64,000 nt of DNA from Chiloscyllium plagiosum. Taxonomy: Eukaryota. A program made the position numbers and the translations under genes. The notes beneath the pieces were generated by a model. It had not been told where the DNA came from, did not search any database, and worked only from the letters and a program-made list of their open reading frames with translations. The DNA lies in the NCBI RefSeq assembly GCF_004010195.1, contig NC_057719.1, positions 81,134,682-81,198,681 on the forward strand, written 5' to 3'. Of this stretch, positions 29,290 through 41,949 are shown piece after piece (position 1 is the stretch's first letter; each line of letters begins with the position of its first letter).

Positions 29290-29672
29290 GGGGTGGTAAA
29301 AAGCACAGTATGTCAGGCAGCATCTGAGGAGCAGGACAGTTGATGTTTTGAGCATAAGCCCTTCATCAGAAATTTGGAGGGGGAAGGGGGCTGAGAGATA
29401 AATAGGTGGGTTTGGCTGGCATGAGAAGGGGGAGGTAGCTGGGATGGTGATGGGTGGATGCAGGTGGGAGATGGTTGTGATAGGTCGGTGGGAAGGGCAG
29501 AGCGGACAGGTGGGAAGGAAGATGGACCAGTAGGTCAAGTCAAGAGGACAATACTGAATTGGAGGGTTGGATCTGAGATGAGGTGGGGTGTGGTGAGATA
29601 TGGAAACTGGTGAAGTTAATGTTGATGCCATGTGGTTGTAGGGTGCAGAGGTGAAAGATGAGGGGTTCTTCC
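29290..29672 (-). mobile_element. Penelope-like element 3' end
   Basis: Similar to 12610-12960; degenerate hammerhead motif at ~29342-29369. Confidence 0.8.
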
Positions 29673-29689
29673 TTACGTTAATCTTTGTA

Positions 29690-30825
29690 TCATCAGCACA
29701 CTTAAGTAACTCTATAAGAAGCCAACTAACTAAATCATTAATGAAGTGCACAGTTGAAGCCTTAGAATCGGTCCTTTTGGGGACTCATTAGCCACTTTCT
29801 CACAAAGCTTAGTACATACATGTTATTCCAAATATGCCTTCTACTGTTTAAATTTAAACAAGCCAGAAACTTGTCTTCAATTCTAAGGGTTTTAATTTGA
29901 GCTAACAGCTCCTTATGTGCAACCTGAATGACTTTTGGAAGTCCATATACATTACATCTCCAAACCTGCAGATGTCGCAAAGCTAGATAGAAGGGTGAAC
30001 TGACGGATGAGGAATGCAGAGATACTTTATTGTGATTTGGACAAATTGAGCAAGTGGGCAAATACATGGCAGATGAAGTATAATATGGATAAATGTGAGG
30101 ATATCCACTTTGGTAGCAAAATCTGAGGGGCAAATTATCACCTGAATGATGATAGATTGGGAAAGGGGAAGAGCAAGAGATTTGGATGTCCACATACATC
30201 CAGTTGCTGACAGTAAGCATGAAGGTGCAGCTGGTGTCAAATGCTATGCTGATTGTCATAGCGATAAGATTTCAGTAGGGTTGCCTTGCTGCAATTGTAC
30301 AGGACCTCTGTGCAAGCATATCAAGAGTTGTGCGCACACTTTTGATCTCCTCATCCAAGGATGGGTGTTCTGGCTATGGAGGGAGTGCAATAAAAGTTTA
30401 CCAAACTGATTCCTGGGATGGCAAGATTAATGTACAAAGCAAGACTGAATCCATATTCCCTGGCGTTTTGAAGAATGATAGGGATCAATAGAAGAATAAA
30501 AATTCTGCAAGGACTAGCCAGAATAAATGTAGGTAGGATGTTCCCAATGACCGGAGAGTCCAGGGTCATAGTGTTCCCACTAATTTTCTTACCAGTTAGC
30601 TAGGCATCGGAGGTGCCAATGCCAATCATTATGCAAGGGATATCAGAGAGGCTGCTCAACTTTGAAGGAACATGATACAATATTTAAGATTGTGGAGAAA
30701 TGAAACGTCTTCACCGAGAAAGGACCTTGAAGCCAAAATACTGAGTGGTTTCAAGGAGTTAGATATAGTTCTTAGGGTTGATCAAATCAAAGGAAATGCT
30801 GAGAAAGCAGGAACAGAATATTGAG
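29690..30825. mobile_element. CR1 fragments in opposite orientations (minus ~29690-29960, plus ~29960-30825)
   Basis: KCADDTK on minus; WANTWQMKYNMDKCE and CR1 tail on plus. Confidence 0.75.
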
Positions 30826-30828
30826 CCC

Positions 30829-30866
30829 AGTTCTGAGGAAGGGTGACTGGCCCTGAAACATTAACT
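30829..30866 (+). ncRNA. Minimal type-I hammerhead ribozyme motif
   Basis: agtt CTGAGGA aggg-tgactgg-ccct GAAA catt aact; stems I and II can pair. Confidence 0.6.
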
Positions 30867-31027
30867 CTGATTTCTCTTCACAGATGCTGCCAGATCTGCT
30901 GAGCTTTTCCAGCAACTTCCGGGGTTTTTTTTTAGTTTTTCTTTGAAGTTTTTATTTAGCTTCTGATCTGCTCTTGTAGCCAATGTATTTATGTGGCAAA
31001 AAAATGTATGGTGCTGGAAAAAGGTGG

Positions 31028-32610
31028 CTAGAATCTGGCAGTAGATGCCCAGGACTTGCATGTCCTTGGTGGAGTGGGAGGGGCCATTGAAGTGTTCAGC
31101 CATAGATTGGTGGGGTTGTTTACTGCATGCATCCCAGAGATGTACTTTGAAACATTCCGCAAGTTGGCATCCTGTCTCCCCAGTGTAAAGGAGACCACAT
31201 TAGGAGCAATGGACACAGTAGATGACGTGTGTGGGAGTACAGGAAATTCTTTGCTGGATGTGGAAGGATCCTTTGAAGCCTGGGATGGAGGTGAGGGGGT
31301 AGGTGTGAGCGCAGGCGCAAGTTGGCATCCTGTCTCCCCAGTGTAAAGGAGACCACATTAGGAGCAATGGACACAGTAGATGACGTGTGTGGGAGTACAG
31401 GAAAATCTTTGCTGGATGTGGAAGGATCCTTTGGAGCCTGGGATGGAGGTGAGGGGGTAGGTGTGAGCGCAGGTTGTATAACTATTGCGATGGCAAGGGA
31501 AGGTGCTGGGAATGGAAGGTAGTTTGGTTGGGTGCATGGACCTAATAAGGGAGTCGCGGAGGGAAAGGTCTCTGCGGAATGCAGATTGGGGAGGGAAATA
31601 TATCTCTGGTGATGGGGTCTGTTTGTAGTGGCAAAAATGGCGGAGGATGATGCATTGTATCTGGAGGTTGTGGGCTGGAAGGTGAGGACCAGAAGGGGTT
31701 CTGTCCTTGTTGCGATTGGAGGGGTGGGGGTTTAAGGGTGGAGGTGCGGGAAGTGGAGGAGATGTGCTGGAGGGCATCGTTAACCACATGGGAGGGGAAA
31801 TTGCGGTCCTTGAAGGAGGCGGCCATCTGGAAAGTTCTATGGTGGAACTGGTTCTCCTGGGAGCAGATGTGGCAGGGCTGGAAGAATTGGGAGCATAGGA
31901 TAAAGTTTTTACAGGAGGCAGGGTGGGAGGAGGTGCAGTCCAGGTAGCTGTGGTTTTGGAGTAAATGCCTGTATCGAGTAGGTCAATGAATATGGAGACG
32001 GAGGTGTCCAGGAAGGGGAGGGAGGTGTTCGAGATGGTCCAGGTGAACTGGAGGTCAGGGTGGAAAGTGTTCGTGAAGTTGATGAACTATTCAACCTCCT
32101 CATGGGAGCACAAGGTGGCACTGATACAGTCATCGATGTACCGGAGGAAAAGGTGGGGAATGGTGTCGGTGTAGCTGCGAAAGATGGAGCGTTCCACATA
32201 CCCAATGAAGAGGCAGACATAGATGTGGCCCATGCAGCCCTTTGGTCTAGAGGAAGTGGGAGGATTCAAAGGAGAAATTGTTGATGGTGAGGACTTGTTC
32301 AACCAATTCAATTGGTGTGTTGGTTGAAGGGTACTATTTGGGTTGGCGGGAGAAAAGGAAACGGAGGGCTTGGAGGCCTTAGTCATGGTGGACTGATGTG
32401 TATAGGGACTGGCTGACAATGGTGAAGATGAGGCATTGGGTGCCAGGAAACCGCAAGTCATGGAGGTGGTGGAGAGTGTGGGTGGTATTTTGAATATATG
32501 TGAGGAGATCCTGAACCAAGGGGACAGGAAGGTGTCAAGGAGATAAGTTCGGTGAGGCAGGAGCAGGATGAGACGATGGGTCGACTGGAGCAGTCAGGTA
32601 TGTGAATTTT
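31028..32610 (-). mobile_element. Penelope-like element (RT plus endonuclease region), decayed
   Basis: FLRYIDDCI RT motif (ORF 32087..32461); AEHFN.PSH motif. Confidence 0.9.
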
Positions 32611-32614
32611 GGAT

Positions 32615-33444
32615 ATCTGCCTTCCGCAGAGAAAATTCCTTCCTCGTTCATCTTGTTAGGTCCATGACCCCCAACAACCCAACCTCCACTCCCAGTACCT
32701 TCCCTTGCTACTGCAAGAGGTAAAAAAAAAAGATGCTCACACCTCCTCCCTCACCTCCATCCAAGGCCCCAAAGGATCCTTCCATAGTCAACAGAGATTT
32801 TCCTGCACCTCCACACGTCATCTACTATATCAATTGCTCCTGATGTGGTCTCCTCTACATTGGGGAGACAGGATGCCAACTTGCAGAAAGTTTCAGAGGA
32901 TATCTCTGGAACACACACACTAAACAATCCTACCAACCTGTTGCCGAACACTTCAACTCACCTCCCATTTTGCAAAAGGACATGCAAGTCCAGGGTCTCC
33001 TCCACTGCCAGATTCTAGCCACCAGATGCCTGAGGGAAGAAGTCCTCATTTTCCACCTTGGGACCCTTCAACGAAGAAGTCCTCATTTTCCACCTTGGGA
33101 CCCTTCAACCACACAGGATCAATGTCGACTTCACCAGTTTCCTCATCTCCCCTCCCCCCACCTTATCCTAGATCTAACCCCCCAACTTGGCACCACCCTC
33201 TCGAACCCTCCTACCCCTGTCACTGTCACCCCCACCTTTATCTACATTATGCATTCCCAACTACCTTCCCCCCAGCCTCACCCCTCCCCTCCCATTTATC
33301 TCTCAGCAATCCCCCCCCATCCCATTCCTGATGAACAGCTTATGCTCGAAACGTCAACTCTCCTGCTCCTCAGATGCTGCCTGACCAGCTGTGTTTTTCC
33401 AGCACCACACCTTTTGACTCTGATCTCCAGTCCTCACTTTCTCC
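32615..33444 (+). mobile_element. Penelope-like element 3' part, inverted relative to the adjacent copy
   Basis: LYIGET and AEHFNSPP motifs; hammerhead motif at 33328-33355. Confidence 0.88.
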
Positions 33445-33644
33445 TATTTATATTGCAAGTCCAATTGAGTTTCTGGTCAATGGAAACCTCAGGACATTGA
33501 TAGTGTGGGATTCAATGATGGTAACACCATTGAATGTCAAGGCGGTCGTGGTTAGATTGTTTCTTATTGGAGATCTCATTACATGGCATTTATGTAGAGC
33601 AAATGTTACTTATCATTTCTCAGCAAAAGCCTAGGTATTATCCA

Positions 33645-34293
33645 TGATTCGGAGATGCCGGTGTTGGACTGGGGTGTACAAAGTTAAAAATCACACAACA
33701 CCAGGTTATAGTCCAACAGGTTTAATTGGAAGCACACTAGCTTTCGGAGCGACACTCCTTGATCAGGTGATTTTGGAGGGCTCGATCGTAACACAGAATT
33801 TATAGCAAAAATTTGCAGTGTGATGTAACTGAAATTATACATTGAAGAATTGATTGTCTGTTAAGCCTTTCATCTGTTAGAATACAGTGATAGTTTCACT
33901 TCTTTCATGTGTAAATCACAAAACCCTTTTTTTAAAGTTGCATACTTGGGTTAGCTGTTAACAATGGTGATAGCTAGACACCTTCAACATATTGTCTAGC
34001 TATCACCATTGTTAACAGCTAACCCAAGTATGCAACTTTTAAAAAAAAAAGGGCTTTGTGATTTACACATGAAAGAAGTGAAACTATCACTGTATTCTAA
34101 CAGATGAAAGGCTTAACAGACAATCAATTCTTCGATGTATAATTTCAGTTACATCACACTGCAAATTTTTGCTATAAATTCTGTGTTACGATCGAGCCCT
34201 CCAAAATCACCTGATCAAGGAGTGTCGCTCCGAAAGCTAGTGTGCTTCCAATTAAACCTGTTGGACTATAACCTGGTGTTGTGTAATTTTTAA
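33645..34293. mobile_element. Palindromic (foldback) insertion, probably Penelope-derived, ~300-bp arms
   Basis: 33682-33980 is the near-exact reverse complement of 33993-34295; 12-nt loop; 14-bp TSD with one mismatch. Confidence 0.85.
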
Positions 34294-35219
34294 CTAGATA
34301 TTATCCAGGTCTTGTTGCATTTAAACATGGACAGCTTCAGTGTCTGTGGAGTTGCAAACAGTGCTGAACAATGTGCAATCACTGGTGAACATCCAGGCCT
34401 TATGATGGAGGGAAGATCATTAATTAAGCCATTGAAGATGCTTGGGCCTATCACACCTCCCTGAGAAACTCCTTCAGAGATGCCCTGGAGCTGAGATGAC
34501 TGATCTCCAACCACCACAGCCATCTTTCCTATGTGCTAGTTATGACTCCAAACAGCGGAGAGTTCTCCCCAGTTCCAGTTTTGCTAGGGCCAAATTCGGT
34601 TGAATGTGGCCTTGATGTCAAGGGCAGTCTCTCTCATCTCTCCTCTGGAATTCAGCTCCTTTGTCCATGCTTGAATCAAGGCTGTAATGAGGTCAAGAGC
34701 TGACAGACCCTGGTAGAACCTAAGCTGGGAATCACCGAGCAGGTTATTGTTGAGCAGGTGATGATTAAGAGTAGACTGATGGGGCGGTAATTGGCTGGGT
34801 TGGATTGATCCTGCTTTAATCATACAGGGCTATTTTCCACATTGTCAGGTAGAAGTCAGAGTCATTGCTGTAGTGGAACAGTTTAGCTCCGCGTACGGCA
34901 AGTTCTGGAGTGCAAGTCGATTGCCTTATTGTCAGGGCTGACAATCTTTGTAGTATCCAGTGCTTTCAACTGTCTCCTATTATCACGTGAAGTAAATGAA
35001 ATTGGATGAAGACGGACATCTGCGATGCTGAGGACCACTGGAGAAGGCCAAGATGGATCATCCACTCGACACTTCTGGCTGAAGATTGCTGCGAATGATT
35101 TTGTCTTATCATTTGTCCTGATGTGTACAGCTCTTCCAATATTGAGGATGGAGATATTTGTGGAGTGTCCTCCTCCAGTGAGTTAATTGTCCACCACCAC
35201 TCATGATCAGATGTGACAA

Positions 35220-35622
35220 AGCAGCATGGTGGCTCAGCGGTTAGCACTGCTGCCTCACGGCACCACAGACCCAAGTTCAATTCCAGCCTCGGGCGTAGAT
35301 ACCCTGGAGCTGAGATGACAGAACTCCAACAACCACAACCATCTTTCCTGTATGCCAGGTACGACTCCAACCAGTGAGTTCTCCCCAGTTCCAGTTTTGC
35401 TAGGGCTCCTTGCTAGGGTATGGTTTGCACAATCCCCCTGTGTCTGCGTGGATTTCCTGAGTGCTCCGGTTTCCTCCCACAGTCTAAAGATGTGCAGGTT
35501 AGGTGGATTGGCTTTGTGAAATACAAGGTTAGTGGGATGGGGTGGGATGGGATGCTCTTTGGAGGGTCAGTGTGAACTCAATGCGCTGAATGGCCTGCTT
35601 CCACACTGTAAAGATTCTATGA
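35220..35622 (+). mobile_element. HE1-like tRNA-derived SINE with an internal insertion
   Basis: A box tggctcagcgg, B box gttcaattcc, ggtttcctcccaca core, CR1-like tail. Confidence 0.82.
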
Positions 35623-36249
35623 TTGCAGAGTTTAGATCTGATATGTTGATTGTGGGATAGCTCTGTCAGTTTTGTCTTATGCTGTTTGGCACACATAGTC
35701 CTGTTTTAGCTTCACCAGGTTGACACCTCAACTTTAGGTCTACCTGGTGCTGCACCTGACACACCGCTCTGCACTCTCCATTGAATATGATTGATCCCCT
35801 GGCTTGATGGTAATAGTTGAGTGGGTGGTTTGCCAGAACATGAGGTTGCAGAAATAAAAATAGAAATTGCTGCAAAAACTCAACAGGTCTGGCAGCGTCT
35901 GTGAAGAGAAATCAGAGTTAACATTTTGGGTCTGGTGACCCTTCCTCAGAACAAGAGTTGCAGACTGTTTTGGAGTACAATTCTGCAGCAGTCGATGAGC
36001 CACAGCATCTGACAGATGCCCCATCTTGAGCTTCTACATTTGTTTGAGATGATGACAACTATTATTGCTACTGTCGATGGTCTCTCTCTTACCAATACAG
36101 TCGTGACACAGATACATCTGCAGCCAGAAGGTTGGGAAGGATAAGGTTAAGTATGTCCTTCCCCCTTGTTAGATGATCACAAAATTATTCTTGTACGCAC
36201 TTTGCAGCTTACTTTCTTTTTACGGTTTTTCACTTCTCTTCGATTTTCT

Positions 36250-36558
36250 TTTAGATTCCCCAGAGTGCGGAAACAGGCCATTTGGCCCAACAAGTCCGCA
36301 CTGACCCTCCAAAGGGTAACCCACCCAGACCCATTTCCCTCTGACTAATGCACCCAACACTATGGGCAATTTAGCATGGCCAATTCACCTGACCTGCACA
36401 TGTATGGATTGTGGGAGGAAACCGGAGTGCCCAGAGGAAACCCACACTGACACGAGGAGAATGTGCAAACTCCACACAGATAGTCACCCAAGACGGGAAT
36501 CGAACCCGGCTCCCTGGCGCTGAGAGGCTGCAGTGCTAACCACGGAGCCATTGCACCA
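36250..36558 (-). mobile_element. HE1-like tRNA-derived SINE
   Basis: Minus strand tggctccgtggttagcactgc...ggttcgattccc; same core as the 35220 copy. Confidence 0.85.
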
Positions 36559-38373
36559 ATCTCACCCAGTCTCCTGGATTTACAGTATTTTACGGTTTTT
36601 TTTGTATTTTATTTGCTTTAGCTTTATGTTACCCATGGCTGTTTTACTTGAAGGGAGGTATTTCCGCTATACTTAAGAGTTCTGATTAGTTATTGTCAGC
36701 ATCTGTCTCATCACTTTTCAAAAGCTAACCTTACCAAGCTCTACAATCTTAATAGCGATATTAGTTACTCTTTTTCAGCAATGAATTCAATCATCTTGTA
36801 ATTACTGTTAGATTACTGTTAATATACTGGATTAACCAAGTTTAGCACATGATCGATGTTGACTCTATGTTATTTAGAAAGCCTAATGTTCTGTGGAGTT
36901 CAAATATAATTTGGTGTGTTAACATCACTGCGTGCTTGCAGCTGTGGAAAAAAAAACATTTCAAGGGTCCTGTCATATAATCAAACTGCTTAGCCCTCTG
37001 AAAATAAGAGGCAGAAATATCGTTGAATACTAAATTTGGCATGATCTACACTTTTGTTGGTTCATATTCTTGCAGAAAGATAGTGAATTTCCTGATTGAA
37101 TTTCCTTAAGTACAATCAGGAAATTCACTATCTTTCTAATTTGGGCTACTACAGTTTTCCTGATCTGTGCAAAATAAAGTATTTCATTAAAACAACATGA
37201 CTTTCTACAATAATATAAAACAAAGAACACCAGATACTAGAGATCTGAAACAAAAACAGGTAATGCTAGCAAAGCTCAGTAGGTCTAGCAACATCTGTGG
37301 GAAGAAGCAGAGTTATTTCAAGACCAGTAACTCTCAACACAGGACTGAAAATGTTAACTCTGCCCTCTTCCCACAGATGCTACTGGATCGGAATTTCACC
37401 AACAATTTGTTTTTATTTTGTGGCTTCCTACAAATTTTTCTTATCTCTCGGAAATGTATTCTGTCATTTCACTGCTGATATTGAGAAGCCTATAGATAAT
37501 TCCCTGAATGGTTACAAGTCCTCTCGTTCCTCAATTCTAATCATAAAGTCATTCCTGATTGCTTTCATCTACCTTTATCCTCTCTCTATGATGTTATCAT
37601 AATGTCTTAAAAATTGCAAAGAAGGATATCGAATTAACTATGTAAAATAAACTATGTCCAGAAAGTTTATCAGCTTCAGAAAATATCAATATTTTAGCTG
37701 CTTCATTGAGCAGCTGCAGTCAAAGGATCATCCTTTCGTGTTGTTTCAAATGTTAACTTACCTGATATGCAAACTCAGCATCTTCCATTGTGACCTGCGA
37801 CCTGATCCAATCCCTCTCTCCTATCACCTCTCCCACTCCCTCATCCCCAATCTTCAGACTCAATCCCGGGCCAGAAATCTGCCTTTAAATTTTTCCAGAA
37901 CAACTGCCCAAAATTTTAAAGACATCACCCAATGACTTCCAAGAATGTTTAGTCTTATTAACTCAATGTTAAAGGACAAAATTTTACAGTCAATTGCCAT
38001 TCTGTTATTTGCCCCGAATATTATCACGGTACAGCACGAACACAGAAAATCTTGTAACTATCCCCACAAAATATACATGATATAGGAATTTAAGTTGGCT
38101 CCAAATACACAATAATGATAATTAGAGAGCAAATTACAAAGTAATAATATGTACCAAACCAAATTTGTGGTTTACATCACTTAATTCCCAGTAAGTTAGT
38201 AACTACTGTGAATGTTACACTCTGGCATACGGCATTTAGTCAAAAAAAAATCAGTTAAATAATGTTATAATGATGTTATCTTTGTTACTTTGCCAGGCCC
38301 AATTTTTAACCTCAATTAGGGAAAATGTGTAAGTAAAAAATAAAGGCAGATAAAAGATTCACCGCTCACTTAC

Positions 38374-38424
38374 TTGAGTGAATGCGGCTCTCTTCACGCT
38401 GTTCAGCAATGTCAAAGTAGTGCC
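38374..38424 (-). CDS. Candidate 51-nt PACS2 cassette exon, GTTLTLLNSVKRAAFTQ
   Basis: ctaac branch-like motif, pyrimidine-rich tract, aag acceptor, gtaagt donor; open in phase 0/0 matching flanking exons; no homology support. Confidence 0.5.
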
Positions 38425-38830
38425 CTTTGAAGTTAAGGGATGAAGGTTAGCAGTCATACAACTTTGAATGTAAAATGTGTGGCAAAAAAGGGGAGTAAAT
38501 AAGGCTTGGCTGGTTTGATTTTGATTTAATTGAAAAGGAAAGACACATTACTCCATTTACTATATAGTACAAAATATGCTGGTTAGTAGTAGAACTTCAG
38601 TGTAGGAGTAAATTCACGCCATCTACTTGATCATTCCAGGTTGCACTTGCACAAAATATATTTAAGGATTGCACATCCCTACAATCACAATTTCCAAACA
38701 TCATCATTGGATTCCAGCAGAGTCACTGAACATTTTCTTTTCCCCAAGTTGCAATGTTGGACTTCCATAAATCCAATACTTATTATAACCTCACCCTAAC
38801 AGTTCATATTGATCTAAACCTTTGTATGTT

Positions 38831-39045
38831 CAGTTCTTCTATAATAGGAAGATTTCGTTCTTATGCAACCCTGCGTTATAGAAAAACCATGCTTTAGAAA
38901 CAGCGTTTCAAGTGTTGACAATATAATCGTGTTACAGCCAACACACGTTTTAAAAGTTTGCATTTTCGAAACAGCGCCCCCATTTGTCAATCATGTTACA
39001 GCAAATTTGCATTGACAAAACGCGCATTATAGCACAAAAACCTGA
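38831..39045. mobile_element. Possible MITE (Tc1/mariner-Tigger-like)
   Basis: cagttcttctataa ... ttatagcacaaaaacctg degenerate inverted ends; CpG-richer than flanks. Confidence 0.4.
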
Positions 39046-39529
39046 AGATGATTTTTCTCTTCCCTTGACTGTGTCACTGTTTATTAATTACACTATGAAA
39101 CAGACAAATAAGGCAGAAGGTGCCAATGAGCATAGGTTATCAAGGAGCTGGATGGGAGTAATAATTGTGGCACAGAATAAGCTGGAATGGGGCTGGGTTG
39201 AAGGTGATTTAAGAAATGTGAGGAATATGGGATAGGAGATTTAAAAACCTCTTAGTCCCATTTAGTTAAGTCCCAGAAAACCAATGAAGATCTTCTAACC
39301 TCAGGCTTCAGCATCTAAGCACCCATGGCTGTTTACGATCTGCTTCCAACATTGGTCCAACTTCATCCTAGCTCACACCCCAGAGTGAAACTTCAGTCCA
39401 ATAGGGCAGGTTTGCAGACTTGGGAAATGTATCAACTTAAGCTGTTCTTTCTGATAGCAAAAATTTGAACCCTGATATGCAAGTAATTGTGGGAAAGAAG
39501 CAGCGATTAAAACCAAGAAAGTCCCTTCA

Positions 39530-40230
39530 TGACTGTCAGGTGCCCTGAAAATTGTTTTATAGGCAAAGTACTTCTGAAGTGTTGCTACTGTTGCAATGAC
39601 AACAAGGAGGTATGGCCACTGATTTTCACACAGCAAACAGCAATGTTAGAATGATGGAGAATCTCTTTTGTGATACTGACGGATACATATTGGGCAAGAT
39701 ACAGGGATAACATCCTGGCACTACTTCAAAACAGTGCTATGGGATCTTTTACATCCACTTGATGGGCTCCAAGTTTAACACTGCAACCAAAAGACAGCAG
39801 TCGTGACAGTGCATCACTGTAGAGTGTCAAGCCTTGATTACTGCACTCTCAACCTGGTTCACTCTTGTGTCCATGTTAGGAAGTTGTTAATTTAGCCCCA
39901 TTACAAAGACATGGACACAATTTAGATGTCACATCTGGCAAAGAAAGTGCTAAATCTTTGGGAGGGTCATCTTTGATCTGAGATAATAAACAGAGGCCAC
40001 ATCTATCTGCTCAGGTGAATGTAAAGATTGCAAGGAACAATGTTGAAGAGATGGTGGGGGAAGATCTGACTGATACCTCTGACAATATTTATTCCTCATC
40101 CAACATCGCTAACAACAGATTATCATTTTGCCTTTTGAGAAAGCATCCCAAGTGCAAGTAAGCTGCCATCTTTATTTGTAAGAATGGCCAGACATCAAAA
40201 CATTTCATTGACGACGACTGCTTTAAGATA
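39530..40230. mobile_element. Two decayed Deu-domain-like SINE copies in opposite orientation
   Basis: Similar to 49095-49480 and 55640-56150. Confidence 0.5.
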
Positions 40231-41949
40231 CCTTAATGTCAGGGGTGACCTACTGGAGGTTCTTATAATTATGAAGGGGTTTGATAGGGGACATGTAGAA
40301 AGACACTTCCACTTCAGGGTGAATAGCCAAAAAGAAGAGTCATAAAGAGTCATGAATAAAGTAAAAAATTCAGGGGAAAATTCCTCACCCAAGGAGTCAT
40401 TAGATTGCATAAATTTTGACAATTATTCATTATTATTGGAAATACTGCTGTAATGTTGGAAACACAGTAGCCAATTTGTACAAAAAAAGCTCCTTCAAAC
40501 AGCAGAGACAAATAATTATAATTAATATGATTGTTATGTTAACTGTGAAACCATTTCTCATGAGTTTGAATTTAAGCCCTCTGCTTCCTTTTTGGATTAG
40601 TTTGTGATAATATTCTGGATGGTATAGTAGGTTAGAGGGACCTCTTTGATACGGTCTTGCATTTGGATCTGGACTTGCTCTTGATTGACTAGATTAAAGT
40701 CTCCTTCATTGACAGAAATGGTCCCATGTCAAAACAGCACATGGCACTGTCAATTGAGATCCAAGCAGTTGCAGGCAAATAGCATAAAGTTGCACACAAC
40801 TGAGCATTAATTGGTATTCTTGCAAGATCAGCCAATATGAGAAAGAGATGATATATTACTAAGACTTAAGGGATATCATTTACTATGGTCAGAGGCAGTC
40901 TGGGCCAATAACTCAAGGGCAAGTTATGCGGTTAGCCTACAAGTGAGATCTAAATCAAAGCCCATGAGTTTTAAACTAGAGTCAAAAATCAGATTTTATG
41001 ATGGGCTGTATTTTTCAAACTGATTTCAGTGCAGCTGCGGGCAGTGAAAGTGTCACTCAGGTTGCCACTGTGTAAAAATTTTCTTCGGTTAAGTTTTTAA
41101 AAGGTAACAGTGAGAAAGAGTCTTTAAAAAGAATTCTTAAAAATATACAAAATATCTGAAAGGGTCCAGGAGGAAATGTTACACTGGTGAATTGAGGAAC
41201 CATTTTTTTTTCAGTCAAATTGTCGCACAATGTCAGCTAAAGGTCAATGACTTTATAAGGTACAAACATAATCCTAAATTGTTAATGGGTAGAATCGGAA
41301 TGACTTTAGAACTGTGTGTCACATTTGGTCCTTTTGCTTTAACTATTGGCTATCTTGAAGCAGGGGTCACCAGTCAGAGCAAAAGCAAGACCACGGTAAG
41401 CTAAAATTAGATGCAGGCAAATCAACTGTAACTTGCAAATTTTGATCAACTAAGCAATCAGTGCTTCTGCTGCTCACTGCTTGTAAGGATTACAAACCAA
41501 CTAATGCTGCATGTATGTCCCCACCCAGACTTGTAACAAGTTGAAACAAGTCAGTTAGGAATGTAGGGACAGAAATCAGCTATTCAGCTTTCTCAAGTGT
41601 GTTCTGCTATTCAATTAAATTCAATACAACTTCATCAACCTATCTTAGCTCAAGATTCTTTAATACAGTACATCGTAACAAAAATGTCTTAATAGTCAAT
41701 TGAAAATTTCAAAGCATATTCTTTTTTATTCATTATTGGGATGTGGGCCTTGCTGGCTAGGGCAACATTTTTGCCCATCCCTAATCGCAGAGGACACATT
41801 GCTCTGGGCCTGGAGTCACATGTAGGCCAATCAGGTAAGGCAGCAGTTTCCTTCCTTCAAGGACATTAGTGAACCAGATAGGTTCTTCTAATAATTGACA
41901 ATGGTTCCACAATCATCATTAGGCTCAGTCCCAGATTTTTATTAACTTG

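Larger units (their letters stand above)
33445..36165 (-). mobile_element. Decayed non-LTR LINE (CR1/L2 group), interrupted by several insertions
   Basis: ORFs 34584..34823 (ALDIKATFNRIW) and 34290..34523 (GVSQGGVIGPSIF..INDL). Confidence 0.8.

Noticed and set aside
35220..35295. tRNA gene
   Set aside because: tRNA-like SINE head that continues into the SINE body; same for 36490-36558
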